A stretch of 64,000 nt of DNA. Origin: a bacterium. GTDB taxonomy: Bacteria; UBA8248. The stretch covers positions 1,344,001 to 1,408,000 of the forward strand of contig OZ242260.1 of the NCBI GenBank assembly GCA_965207065.1. Reading direction: 5' to 3'. Shown here piece by piece: positions 1 to 9,820 of the stretch. The notes under the pieces were generated by a model that worked only from the letters and a program-made list of their open reading frames with translations, did no database searches and had not been told where the DNA came from. Both the position numbers and the translations under genes were made by a program. How positions within the stretch are numbered: position 1 is the stretch's first letter; the number at the start of each line of letters is the position of its first letter.

Positions 1-1
1 G

Positions 2-2395
2 GCCTCGATCTGCGCAATCGTCCTTTGCGCCATGTTCGTCCTCACGAACTGCGGGGGCGGAGGAGGTGGGTCGAGAGTACAGCCGCAAGCCGCGGTGATG
101 CCCGAACCGCAGCCGCAGACCTGTCCGCCGGGGCAGGTCGGAACGCCTCCAAACTGCACCGCTCCGCCTCCCCCGCCGCCGCCAAAAAATTGCATTTCTC
201 TTCACGACGGGACTTGTTCACCATTCGGAAGTTTCAACACCCGAGCGCAGCAGCTTGCCGGGGAATACCGTCTCAAGGACGGCTTCAAGAACCAGTGGGG
301 TCTGGCGACCATCGGCGCAGATTCGGCCTACGCCCACGTTAATCTGCTCAAGGGTGAAAACACTGCGCCTGGCGCCGGCGTGACAATCGGCTTCATCGAC
401 TCGGGCATCGATACGTTACACTCAATGTTCGCGGGTAAGACTGTTACCGAAGTGTTCATGAGCGGCGCCAAGGACGAGACGGGTCTGCCGCGGTCTTCTC
501 ACGGCACGTCCGTCGCGAGCGTTGCCGCAGGCGTTTACTCATCCGTTAACTCATTCAGCCCGCAAGGCATCGCCCAGGGCGCCGACATCGCCATGTTCGC
601 GGTTCCCGTAGGAAGCGGAAGCGGCAATTACAACCCCATATCGCTCACGGGATTGGGGAATCGAGACGCCACGTGGGCGCAAGAGTTCAATCAGGTCTTT
701 GGGTGGCGAAACGGCCAAAAGCACGTTGACATACTGAACATGAGCATCGGCCACAAAGGTCTCATCAACTTCTACAGCGAAACCGATCTCCGCGCCAACT
801 TCGCCCAGGCGATCACCGCGTTGGCGCAGGCTGGAGCCACCGAGAAGGCGATTATCGTCTGGGCGGCCGGCAACGCTCATGGAAAACCGTGCGATCCTGC
901 CGTCGTGACAAGCCACTGCGTAGGTGGCTCGGTGGATCCACCTGCTCTCGGAACCGTCGACGCCGTATCGGTCGATGTTCTGCCGGGCCTCGCCGCGCGC
1001 ATCGCTGAGCTTAGAGGACATACCGTCGCCGTCGTGGCGCTCAGATCGAACGATGAGCGGATCACCGGCTTCTCCAACCGCTGCGGCATCGCGGCGGATT
1101 ACTGCATCGCGGCACCGGGACAAGAAATTCGCACCGCTTATTTCGGGCCCGATCGTAACGACGACACCAAGGTTGTCCGAGGCATCGCCCAGAACATCAA
1201 CGGAACGTCCGTCGCCGCGCCGTTCGTGACCGGCGGGCTCGCAATCATGAAACAACTCTTCCGGGATCAGCTCTCGAATACCGAACTGGTGACGCGCCTC
1301 TTTGAAACCGCTGACAACAGTGGCGTGTACGCGAACAGCGCCATCTACGGCCGGGGCAAGCTCGACCTCGCCGCCGCCACGCACCCTGTGGGCGTTCTGG
1401 AAGTTCCGGTCGCGAACGTGAACCGGGTCGGGAACAGCCTGCACGCCACGCGACTGGGTCTCGGGGCTCCGCTCGGCGACGGGCTCGCCCGCTCGTTCGC
1501 AAACCGCGAAATCATGGTCTTGGACGATTTGAGCGCGCCGTTCTGGTACAGGTTGGGTGATTTCGTGGCGACGGCGAAGGGCCCGCCGGTGGACGCGAGA
1601 GTCCGGGGTTTTCTAGCGGGTGCGGATGTGTTCGCAGAGGACGCTGCAAGATCGAATAGCGACGTATCGAGATGGTCTGGGGTGAGGGTTCAGAATTCTT
1701 CGACGAAAACTGGAGGCGGCCACCTCGCACTGGCCGAGGGGGGAATGATGGCGACCCTCAAAGGCCGGGCGGGTCTTTCCGCCTCGGTGTTCGGTACCAA
1801 CCACGAGCATGACGCGGTGGGCGGGACGCTGGGCTGGCGGCCGGGTGGCTCGCCGCTCGGCCTTAGCATCGGTTGGATAACCGAGGATGAGACCATTTTA
1901 GGAGGTGAGGGCCAGGGAGCCTTCGGTTCGCTGGCGGCGGATACCGCCTTCATCCGCATCGAGGGAGACGTTAGGCTCGGCGCGTGGCGTGTCGGAGCAG
2001 ACGCGGAATGGGGGAGTGTGCGCCCGCAGGCCCGAGGCGGGATCATCGAGGAGGTCTCGCCGATTTCGACCAGCGCGTTCGCACTCCACGCCCGCGCCGC
2101 CATTACGAATGAGGATACTCTGCATTTTTCCCTCTCACAGCCCTTGCGCGTCGAGGACGGCCGTGCGTCGCTTACGCTTCCGGTGGCGCGAACCAAGGAC
2201 GGGCGGGTGCTGCGTAGCTCCATCGCGTCGCCTCTCGCGCCCGATGAGCGTCAGGTCGACGTCGCCGCTAGTTGGGAGAGACCGCTCGCAGACGGACGGC
2301 TCCGCCTCGGCGTCATCTGGAGCCATAATCCCGGCCACAGCAACTCCGCCGAACCGCTGCTGACGTTTCTCGCCGGCTGGCGGCGGAGATTCTGA
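2..2395 (+). CDS. S8 (subtilase) serine peptidase, probable lipoprotein with beta-rich C-terminal domain; 5' end probably outside window
   Basis: Catalytic motifs FIDSGID, HGTSVASVAAG, GTSVAAPFV and AAGN. The frame is open from base 2 (ASICAIVLCAMFVLTNC-GGGGGG, a lipobox-like signal followed by a Gly/Pro-rich linker). Ends in an aromatic residue (WRRRF). Confidence 0.88.
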   Translation, partial: ASICAIVLCAMFVLTNCGGGGGGSRVQPQAAVMPEPQPQTCPPGQVGTPPNCTAPPPPPPPKNCISLHDGTCSPFGSFNTRAQQLAGEYRLKDGFKNQWGLATIGADSAYAHVNLLKGENTAPGAGVTIGFIDSGIDTLHSMFAGKTVTEVFMSGAKDETGLPRSSHGTSVASVAAGVYSSVNSFSPQGIAQGADIAMFAVPVGSGSGNYNPISLTGLGNRDATWAQEFNQVFGWRNGQKHVDILNMSIGHKGLINFYSETDLRANFAQAITALAQAGATEKAIIVWAAGNAHGKPCDPAVVTSHCVGGSVDPPALGTVDAVSVDVLPGLAARIAELRGHTVAVVALRSNDERITGFSNRCGIAADYCIAAPGQEIRTAYFGPDRNDDTKVVRGIAQNINGTSVAAPFVTGGLAIMKQLFRDQLSNTELVTRLFETADNSGVYANSAIYGRGKLDLAAATHPVGVLEVPVANVNRVGNSLHATRLGLGAPLGDGLARSFANREIMVLDDLSAPFWYRLGDFVATAKGPPVDARVRGFLAGADVFAEDAARSNSDVSRWSGVRVQNSSTKTGGGHLALAEGGMMATLKGRAGLSASVFGTNHEHDAVGGTLGWRPGGSPLGLSIGWITEDETILGGEGQGAFGSLAADTAFIRIEGDVRLGAWRVGADAEWGSVRPQARGGIIEEVSPISTSAFALHARAAITNEDTLHFSLSQPLRVEDGRASLTLPVARTKDGRVLRSSIASPLAPDERQVDVAASWERPLADGRLRLGVIWSHNPGHSNSAEPLLTFLAGWRRRF

Positions 2396-2582
2396 GCGGC
2401 GCCACCTGAAACTGAAAATCGTCGAAAAAAAGCAGGTGCAGGAGTCTTGAGGTTTCACCCCGTGTGTGTCCTCACACTGGCGCGGCGAATCTTCCTCGCT
2501 GAATCGCGGCAGCCGGGCGGTGTTTTCCCGCAATGAGTATAGCCACCGCCCCTCCTTGTGATATAGAATGGCGGCCCTTCGC

Positions 2583-2674
2583 GGAGAGATGGCCGAGTGG
2601 CTGAAGGCGCTCGCCTGCTAAGCGAGTAGGCTGGGAAACCGGCCTCGAGGGTTCGAATCCCTCTCTCTCCGCCA
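2583..2674 (+). tRNA. tRNA-Ser (anticodon GCT)
   Basis: GGAGAGATGGCCGAGTGGCTGAAGGCG..., anticodon loop CT-GCT-AA, long variable arm, GGTTCGAATCC T-loop and encoded CCA. Confidence 0.97.
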
Positions 2675-2792
2675 CTCGCAAGCCCGCCTGATGTTACCCT
2701 AGCTCCCGGCACATCACCGGCGCCGCCTTGTTCTTCCCGGTGCTTCGGAAGAAGACGATGTTCACCCCGGAACCGGCAATTGGGAGAATACG

Positions 2793-3263
2793 ATGCGGCG
2801 CAACTTCTTTCGCCTGAACGCAACCCAGCAATTTCCCATCGAACTGGACGCCGCCTGGGATTTTTTCTCCAATCCCCGGAATTTGAAGGAGATTACGCCT
2901 CCTGAACTTCATCTGGTCGTCGAAAACGAGTTGCCGTCAAAGATGCACACCGGCGCCCTCATCTGCTACCGGGTGCGGCCCCTTCTGGGGATTCCGGTTC
3001 ACTGGGTCACGGAGATCACGCACGTGGAAGAGGGCCGTCTCTTCGTGGACGAGCAGCGCTTCGGCCCCTATCGCTTCTGGCACCACCAGCACCATTTTCA
3101 ACCGATCAAAGGGGGTGTGGAGATGCGTGACATCATCCATTACAAGCTACCGCTGGGGCCCTTCTCGTTCCTCGCCGACAGCTTCGTAGTAAGCCGGCAA
3201 TTGCGCCGCATCTTCTCCTACCGGGAAGAGGTACTCGTGCAGCGCTTCGGCCAGCTGAATTGA
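2793..3263 (+). CDS. SRPBCC family protein
   Basis: AWDFFSNPRNLKEITP and FVDEQRFGPYRFWHHQHHF motifs. Confidence 0.88.
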   Translation: MRRNFFRLNATQQFPIELDAAWDFFSNPRNLKEITPPELHLVVENELPSKMHTGALICYRVRPLLGIPVHWVTEITHVEEGRLFVDEQRFGPYRFWHHQHHFQPIKGGVEMRDIIHYKLPLGPFSFLADSFVVSRQLRRIFSYREEVLVQRFGQLN

Positions 3264-3394
3264 ATCGCCCCATTCTATAGACTTGGAGCACGACACACTA
3301 TAGAACATGAACCACCCGACCGGACTCACCTCAACCGAGTTGCCCGGGAAGATGGGAAAACGCACCTTTTCACGCAACCACCCGGAGAAACACA

Positions 3395-4225
3395 ATGAAA
3401 ATCATACTCGCAATCGCCCTCTCGCTCTTCATGACTTCAGCCTCTTTCGCGCAGGAGATCGTAAAGGAAAAGCCCTCCAACCCGGTTCTTTTGATGAAGA
3501 CGAATTTCGGCGACCTCTACATCGAGATGTTCCCCGAGGAAGCGCCCAAGACGGTGGCCAACTTCATGGACCTCGCCACGGGCAAGCGCGCTTTCGTTGA
3601 CCACAAGACCAGCAAGAAAGTGAAACGCCCGTTCTATGACGGTCTGAAGTTTCACCGCGTCATCAAGGAGTTCATGATCCAGGGAGGCGACCCCAAGGGA
3701 AACGGCACCGGAGGTCCCGGCTACAACTTCGAGGATGAGATCAACGCCGAAGCCCTGGGTCTCCATAAACAAAAGGCTTTGAAGGACGGCCGCCCCCATG
3801 CTTATTTGCCCATCAGGAACCAGAGCGATTTTCAGCGCACCTTGGTGCAGCCCCTGTTACAGAAGATGGGCATCCGCTCCCAGGCCGATCTCGACAAGCG
3901 CAGGGAAGAAGTGAAGAAGCGCATCAACGAGCTCACGCTCAAGGATGCATATGAGAACATGGGCTATCGCTTCAACGAGAAATTCAAATCACGCCCGCCC
4001 CAAAAGGGCGTGCTCGCGATGGCGAACTCGGGCCCCAACACAAATGGATCGCAGTTTTTCATCAACCTGATCGACACGCCCTGGCTCACCGGCAAACACA
4101 CGGTATTCGGAAGAGTGGTGAAAGGGATGGATGTGGTGGAGAAAATCGGCGAAACACCCGTAGGGGCGGGAAGCATGCCCCAGGAAGAGGTGAAAATCAT
4201 CTCGATCCGGCTTCACACTCCCTGA
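3395..4225 (+). CDS. Cyclophilin-type peptidyl-prolyl cis-trans isomerase, exported, with an internal insertion
   Basis: FHRVIKEFMIQGGDP, AMANSGPNTNGSQFFI and HTVFGRV motifs; N-terminal signal peptide. Confidence 0.93.
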   Translation: MKIILAIALSLFMTSASFAQEIVKEKPSNPVLLMKTNFGDLYIEMFPEEAPKTVANFMDLATGKRAFVDHKTSKKVKRPFYDGLKFHRVIKEFMIQGGDPKGNGTGGPGYNFEDEINAEALGLHKQKALKDGRPHAYLPIRNQSDFQRTLVQPLLQKMGIRSQADLDKRREEVKKRINELTLKDAYENMGYRFNEKFKSRPPQKGVLAMANSGPNTNGSQFFINLIDTPWLTGKHTVFGRVVKGMDVVEKIGETPVGAGSMPQEEVKIISIRLHTP

Positions 4226-4281
4226 TTTCCAGGTGCAAGAGCAGGAGCGACGCGCTCACCAGGCAGCGCCCTCGCTTAAGG

Positions 4282-4890
4282 CTACATCTCGCGGCGGCCC
4301 TCTAGCGATCGGGTGAGCGTCATTTCGTCCGCGTATTCGAGATGACTGCCCATGGGCAAGCCGTGGGCCAGCTGGGTGACGCGCACACCGAGCGGCTTGA
4401 GCACCTGGGCGAGATAAAGAGCAGTCCCCTCGCCCGCCATGTTGGGATTCAGAGCAAGAATCACCTCTTTCACCTCGCCCGTCTTCACCCGCTCGATGAG
4501 TTTGGCGATGGTGAGGTCTTCGGGTTCCACCCCGTCCAGAGGAGAAATGACGCCCATCAGCACGTGGTAGCGGCCCTTCACGCCTCCCGCACGCTCCACG
4601 GCAAACACGTCGGCAGGTTCTTCCACTACGCAGATGACGCCGGGGTTGCGCGCGCCACAGACCGAGCAGTCAACGCCGCCTGCTTCACCCTCCACGAGCA
4701 TTGAACACGTGCCGCACAGGCCCACTTTTTCATGAAGCGCCTCGCACGAAGCGGCAATTTTTCCGGCGGCTTCTGGGTCCTTGCCCAGAAGGTGAAAGAC
4801 GAACCGCTGCGCGCTCTTCGGCCCCACCCCCGGAAGGCGGCGAAACGCATCGATGCACTCTTCAATGGCGGGAAACCGGCTCAACTGCAT
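4282..4890 (-). CDS. recR: Recombination mediator RecR
   Basis: LPGVGPKSAQR HhH motif, C4 zinc finger, Toprim segment ICVVEEPAD. Confidence 0.96.
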   Translation of the reverse strand: MQLSRFPAIEECIDAFRRLPGVGPKSAQRFVFHLLGKDPEAAGKIAASCEALHEKVGLCGTCSMLVEGEAGGVDCSVCGARNPGVICVVEEPADVFAVERAGGVKGRYHVLMGVISPLDGVEPEDLTIAKLIERVKTGEVKEVILALNPNMAGEGTALYLAQVLKPLGVRVTQLAHGLPMGSHLEYADEMTLTRSLEGRREM

Positions 4891-4970
4891 GGCGTTTTCT
4901 CACTCGCGTTTCAAGCAGCGGCCAGAAACGACGAAGAAAACGATGAGCGGCGCAAAGGCCGCGCATCGAC

Positions 4971-5288
4971 TCAGAACATACCGGGTATGGGCAGACCGCC
5001 TGTGAGTTTCTTCATCTCCTCGGACATCATGTCCTTACCTTTTCGGGAAGCCTCGTTGCATGCGGCGCGCACCAGATCCTCGAGCATCTCCACGTCGTCG
5101 GGGTCAACCACCTGCGGGTCTATCTTCACCGAAACTACGTCGCCCGCTCCGTTGGCGATCACGCTCACCATGCCGCCGCCGGCGGAAGCCTCCACGGTCT
5201 TCGTAGCCATCTCTTCCTGGAGCTTGGCCATTTTGTCTTGGATCTGACGCGCCTGTTTCATCAGATTACCGATGCCGCCTTTTAACAT
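4971..5288 (-). CDS. ybaB: YbaB/EbfC nucleoid-associated protein
   Basis: ASAGGGMVSV and DVEMLEDLV motifs; lies between dnaX and recR. Confidence 0.95.
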   Translation of the reverse strand: MLKGGIGNLMKQARQIQDKMAKLQEEMATKTVEASAGGGMVSVIANGAGDVVSVKIDPQVVDPDDVEMLEDLVRAACNEASRKGKDMMSEEMKKLTGGLPIPGMF

Positions 5289-5319
5289 GAGAATCTCCCC
5301 GAGGTGTTTCCCTCACCAC

Positions 5320-7050
5320 TCAAGCGAATGAATTTCCATCCGATTTTCGCATCCGCCCATGGCGAATGTCGACTATCTTTCCGTTGAACAAATCAACGAT
5401 TTCCTGAATCACCGCTTCTTCTTGCTCATCCAGTTTCTGGCCGCGCGCATTGCTCGTCTCCCCGGCCTCTTGTCCGGGTTGCGATTGCGCTCCATTTTCC
5501 ACGCCCGCAATCTCGACCTTGGCGCTCCAGGGGGAATGCGACCTGAAGAATTCCTCGATTTCGGGCAGGACTTCTTGCGCCATGTGCAGGCCCTGCGCGT
5601 TTCTGTTTTCCCGGGCGAGAACCACGTGGATGATCCCTTCTGTCTCCAGATCGAGTTCGACGCCATGGAAAAGCGGACGCCTCATCGGGCGCAAGGCCTC
5701 CACCGCTCCAGTCCACACCCGGCGCGCCTCTATGGAATCCCACTCCCTCTCTTCTGCCTGTGCGACGGGAGAACTCCCCGAAGCAGGTTCAGTCGCCGGC
5801 GGCGACGTGGCGGGGGCCGTGGTTTCCCGGGTAGCCGGAGGCGACGCGCCGCTGGGGGGTTCGGTCCGCGGCGAGGGGGCGCGGGGAGGATTCGGCGCCG
5901 CTCCCCCGCTTATAGACTCGAGCCTCTCCATTAAAGCGCCCAGTTCCGCTATTGGCTCGATCTGGCACATGCGAAGAATCGCGACCTCGAGCGTCATTCG
6001 GGGATGGTCCGATGTCCTGAGTTCGAACTCTGCACCCTGCAGAATGGAATACGCCTGATGCGCTTCGGCGAAACTCATTTTCGTGGCCACCTGCTTGCGA
6101 TCTTCGATTTCCGAAGCCGCCACCTCAAAGAGTGCTTCGTCGTCACCGGCGGACAGGAGCACCATACAATCGCGCAAATACTCGAGCAGGTTCGCGGAGA
6201 AGAGTTTGAGATCGTGGCCTGCGTCGAAGAGGCCTTTGAGTTCGGTGAGCGCCTTGTTGCCGTCGCGCGCGATCACCGCCTCGACCAATGCTTTGTGGAT
6301 GCTGCCCGAGGGCACCCCGAGCACTTTTTCCACTTCTACGCTCGATACCGGATCCTCGGCGGCAAAAGCCAGCACCTGATCAAGCAGAGACTGCGCATCG
6401 CGGATGCTCCCCTCTCCCATCCGTGCCAGCAACTTGACGGCCGCCTCGTCCATCTTCCTCCCCTGCGCATCGACGATTATAGAGAGATGCGCCGCGATGA
6501 CGGAGGTTGTGATCCTCCTGAACTCGAACACCTGGCAGCGGCTCAATATAGTGTCGGGTACGTTTTTGACTTCCGTGGTGGCCAGAATAAAGACGACGTG
6601 GGGTGGTGGTTCCTCGAGCGTTTTCAGCAGAGCGTTGAAGGAGCTTTTAGAGAGCATGTGCACTTCATCGAAAATCACCGTCTTGTAGCGCCCGCGCGCG
6701 GGCTGGTAGCGAAGGCCCTCGCGCAACTCACGCACGTTGTCCACTCCTGTATAGGTGGCGGCGTCGATTTCCAGTATATCGGGATGGCTACCTCTGGTGA
6801 TCTCCTCGCACGATGAACACTCATTGCACGGCTCGGGCAGAGGACCGTCTCCTGATTCGCAATTGAGCGCTTTTGCGAGAATGCGCGCGGTGGTCGTTTT
6901 GCCGACCCCGCGCGTTCCGCTGAACAGATAAGCGGAGGCGACGCGCCCCGATGCGAGCGCGTTTGAGAGCGTTCGCCGGATGTGCTCCTGGCCGATGAGT
7001 TCCTCGAAACGCTGCGGACGCCATTTCCTGGCGCTGCCAATGAAGGCCAT
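5320..7050 (-). CDS. dnaX: DNA polymerase III subunit gamma/tau
   Basis: ARKWRPQRF, GTRGVGKTT, DEVHMLS and ALLKTLEEPP motifs. Start placed at MAFIG (7050) because the longer ORF overlaps the SRP RNA. Confidence 0.95.
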   Translation of the reverse strand: MAFIGSARKWRPQRFEELIGQEHIRRTLSNALASGRVASAYLFSGTRGVGKTTTARILAKALNCESGDGPLPEPCNECSSCEEITRGSHPDILEIDAATYTGVDNVRELREGLRYQPARGRYKTVIFDEVHMLSKSSFNALLKTLEEPPPHVVFILATTEVKNVPDTILSRCQVFEFRRITTSVIAAHLSIIVDAQGRKMDEAAVKLLARMGEGSIRDAQSLLDQVLAFAAEDPVSSVEVEKVLGVPSGSIHKALVEAVIARDGNKALTELKGLFDAGHDLKLFSANLLEYLRDCMVLLSAGDDEALFEVAASEIEDRKQVATKMSFAEAHQAYSILQGAEFELRTSDHPRMTLEVAILRMCQIEPIAELGALMERLESISGGAAPNPPRAPSPRTEPPSGASPPATRETTAPATSPPATEPASGSSPVAQAEEREWDSIEARRVWTGAVEALRPMRRPLFHGVELDLETEGIIHVVLARENRNAQGLHMAQEVLPEIEEFFRSHSPWSAKVEIAGVENGAQSQPGQEAGETSNARGQKLDEQEEAVIQEIVDLFNGKIVDIRHGRMRKSDGNSFA

Positions 7051-7112
7051 CAAGAATCCATCCCAAGGATTTTCGTCATCAAAGGGCCCCATACCCCATG
7101 AGCAACGCGCAG

Positions 7113-7250
7113 ACCCTGCGATGAAGTCGACCGGCCAGGCGCCCTCGTGGCACCCGGGAGTATCCACTTACCGCTGCTTCCTTCCGGACCTGACGGGGTT
7201 CGCGGGCTCCCGCCGCACGAGACCCAACCGGCCGAATTCATCGCAGGCTC
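7113..7250 (-). ncRNA. ffs: Signal recognition particle RNA
   Basis: The minus strand contains the conserved TCAGGTCCGGAAGGAAGCAGC domain IV inside a long hairpin, and the gene sits upstream of dnaX as usual. Ends are approximate. Confidence 0.93.
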
Positions 7251-7538
7251 TTCAGAAATCCTACCCCGTCCCCCGGCCTTTGGAAAGCGGGGGAGTCGGC
7301 ATTTTGGTGAGGGTGGACTGCATGACGGATAACCTTCCATATAACATGGCGTTAGGGGGTGCCTCCTCCAGGAAGGTGCCGCCCACGGGAGGGAATCAAC
7401 CCTCAGAATAAATGCTGACTTGGATCGCCATTTAGCTCGGAATGGGGTTACAATACAATGTTCAAGCTTCTAACCACGTGATGCCCTCGCGGTACCGTAT
7501 TTTTTTTTCGGGCCGAACACGGAAAGGCCGCCGGACGC

Positions 7539-8402
7539 ATGCCTTACTCGAAAGTCGTCGAACTCACGGAAGGAAAGGTTTACGCCCTCCACAATACTTT
7601 TCCCCTGGACGGGCGGATCAGCGCATATCCCATCAGCGCACGCGGGCACAGCGTCTCGAACTGCTTTCTATTGAAAGATGACTCAGGTGCGCTCCTGCTC
7701 GATACGGGCTACGCCGCCCACGAGGCCGAAATTCTGGCGCAGCTGGAATCTCTCATCGACCCCGATTCGCCCCTGCATCTGCTTCCATTGCGAATCAACG
7801 AATTCATGTCTGTGGGCAACGCCATGGCGATCGCCAAGCGCTTCAACGTGGTGGAGTGCCTCGCCCCGGTGCCGGAAATCAACGAGTGGCTCGAGTTCGA
7901 AGCGCTCGAGCCCGGCGGCGGAAACAACGGCAATCCCATCCTTCCCACCACGATATTGAAACCGCTTCATCCCATCGAAATCGGCGATAGATACATCGAG
8001 GTGATGATCGCGCCGATTCGTCTCATCAGCACCCGCTGGATTTACGATGCGGCCACGCGCACGCTGTTCACCTCGGACATGTTCAGCCATCTTTGGACGG
8101 ATAGGGCGGAAGGTCCCTGGCTGCTGGATGAAGACGAGGTGACGACGACTTCTTTCGTTCGCTCGTTCCTGCTGAACACGCGCTACTGGTGGCTCGAGGG
8201 TGCGAGGACAAATTCCATCCGCAAAGGGGTCGCCGAAGTCTTCGAGCGCTACGATATCGAGACCATCGCTCCGGGCTACGGCGCCATCCTGCGCGGGCGT
8301 CATCTGGTAGAGCAGCAATTCGCCGTGCTGGATGAGGTTCTGGCGGGTTTCGACCGGAGCGTCGTCAAACCAGGGTACGTCGCATTGGGATTAGAGAGAT
8401 AG
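7539..8402 (+). CDS. Metallo-beta-lactamase-fold (FprA/ODP-like) protein with degenerate metal motif
   Basis: NCFLL..ALLLDTG, LFTSDMF and IAPGYG segments of the fold; the HxHxDH position is replaced by LRINEFMS. Confidence 0.7.
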   Translation: MPYSKVVELTEGKVYALHNTFPLDGRISAYPISARGHSVSNCFLLKDDSGALLLDTGYAAHEAEILAQLESLIDPDSPLHLLPLRINEFMSVGNAMAIAKRFNVVECLAPVPEINEWLEFEALEPGGGNNGNPILPTTILKPLHPIEIGDRYIEVMIAPIRLISTRWIYDAATRTLFTSDMFSHLWTDRAEGPWLLDEDEVTTTSFVRSFLLNTRYWWLEGARTNSIRKGVAEVFERYDIETIAPGYGAILRGRHLVEQQFAVLDEVLAGFDRSVVKPGYVALGLER

Positions 8403-8410
8403 GAGCGCTC

Positions 8411-9172
8411 ATGAGCTATCCTCTGCCCCGTGAAGTCTCGCCCGGCGTATTCTGGCTCGGCGACTGCCTCGTGCAGCACTCACAAGGCAAAATCTATCAC
8501 TCCTACAACGCGGCCTTCCTCGTCATCGGCTCAGAAGCCTCCATGCTCGTGGAGACGGGACATCCCAAGGATTTTCCCATTATCGAAGGGCAGATGAGAG
8601 ATATACTTGCCAAAGGCGGCGGGCCGCTCAAACACCTTTTCCTCACCCATCAGGAAACGCCCCACTCGGGCGGTCTGGGCCGCGTGCTCGACAGATACCC
8701 CGACCTCACCATCCACGGGGACATGTGCGACTACCATCTGGCGTTTCCCGAGCACGAGGGACGCTTCCAGGAGATGCGCGTGGGAGACGCCATCGACTTA
8801 GGAAATACGCAATTCATGGCCGTGGAGCCCGTGATCAGGGACTTGAGGAGTTCTCTCTGGGGATTCGAAACCAAAGGGCGCGTGCTGTTTCCCGGAGACG
8901 GCTTCGCCTACAGCCACTACCATACCGATGGTCACTGCGGAATGTTCGCCGAGGAGGCCACTTCTCTCGATCTGGTTGATGTGCTGGGCGTTTTCGCCGA
9001 ACGCGCCCTGTTCTGGACCACCTTCACCGACATGAACATCTACGCCGACAAACTCGAAGAACTGATGGCCGAGTTAAACGTCGAAATCGTAGCGCCGACG
9101 CACGGCCTCCCCATACGGGACATCGCGCGCACGATGCCGAAAGTCCGAGAAGGCCTAATCCAGGGCAATTAA
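8411..9172 (+). CDS. Metallo-beta-lactamase-fold (FprA/ODP-like) protein
   Basis: LVETG, THQETPHSGG, FPGDGF and APTHG motifs. Confidence 0.8.
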   Translation: MSYPLPREVSPGVFWLGDCLVQHSQGKIYHSYNAAFLVIGSEASMLVETGHPKDFPIIEGQMRDILAKGGGPLKHLFLTHQETPHSGGLGRVLDRYPDLTIHGDMCDYHLAFPEHEGRFQEMRVGDAIDLGNTQFMAVEPVIRDLRSSLWGFETKGRVLFPGDGFAYSHYHTDGHCGMFAEEATSLDLVDVLGVFAERALFWTTFTDMNIYADKLEELMAELNVEIVAPTHGLPIRDIARTMPKVREGLIQGN

Positions 9173-9209
9173 AACGGAAGATCTCACCTGGGTCCGCCAA
9201 AAATAAACC

Positions 9210-9608
9210 CTAGACGTCCTCCACCAGCTCCCACAGCGTGCCCATGGTGCTCTTGGGCTTGATGAAGGCGATGAGGTGCCCGCCGAAGCCGGGCCTGGAT
9301 TTCTCATCGATGAGTTCGAAGCCCTGCGCCTTCATGTCAGCCAGCACACCGTCGATGTTCTTCACGTCAAAGGCCACGTGGTGGAGGCCCTCGCCGCGCT
9401 CTTCGATGAACTTGGCGAGAGGGGTGTCCTGCCTGATGGGCGAGATGGGCTCGATGAGGTCGCCGCCCAGGTCCAGCATGGCCAGATCGGTCGCGCCGTC
9501 GGCAGAGGTCTCCCGCGCCAGCAGCTTCGCTCCCATGCCCTCGTATAGGGCGATGGCGGCGTCCATATCCTTCACCGCAACGCCGATGTGATGAAACTTG
9601 TTGAACAT
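9210..9608 (-). CDS. mce: VOC family protein, methylmalonyl-CoA epimerase-like
   Basis: HHIGVAV, GEGLHHVAF and IAFIKPKSTMGTLWELVE motifs. Confidence 0.78.
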   Translation of the reverse strand: MFNKFHHIGVAVKDMDAAIALYEGMGAKLLARETSADGATDLAMLDLGGDLIEPISPIRQDTPLAKFIEERGEGLHHVAFDVKNIDGVLADMKAQGFELIDEKSRPGFGGHLIAFIKPKSTMGTLWELVEDV

Positions 9609-9820
9609 ATCCGCATTCCTCCCGGCCTCGCGCGGCGGCGGAACGCGCTCCCCTCGCCGCGCCGGCCATTCATAGATTTGGTGACCCCCTGTTTAGCAGG
9701 CTTGGCGCGATTCCTCAATCAAACCCGCCTGGGAAACTATATTTCAGAGAGCGTTTGTCGTATCCTTCGTACATCAACACTATTAAACGAGCCGCATATT
9801 CATCCATGAGGAGAACATCC

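Noticed and set aside
2583-2674. Long-variable-arm tRNA as tRNA-Sec or as an island integration site
   Set aside because: The anticodon is GCT (Ser) with a normal acceptor stem; no integrase or duplicated tRNA 3' end was seen.
5320-7050. Programmed frameshift site in dnaX
   Set aside because: No A-AAA-AAG or poly-A slippery site was seen in the linker region.
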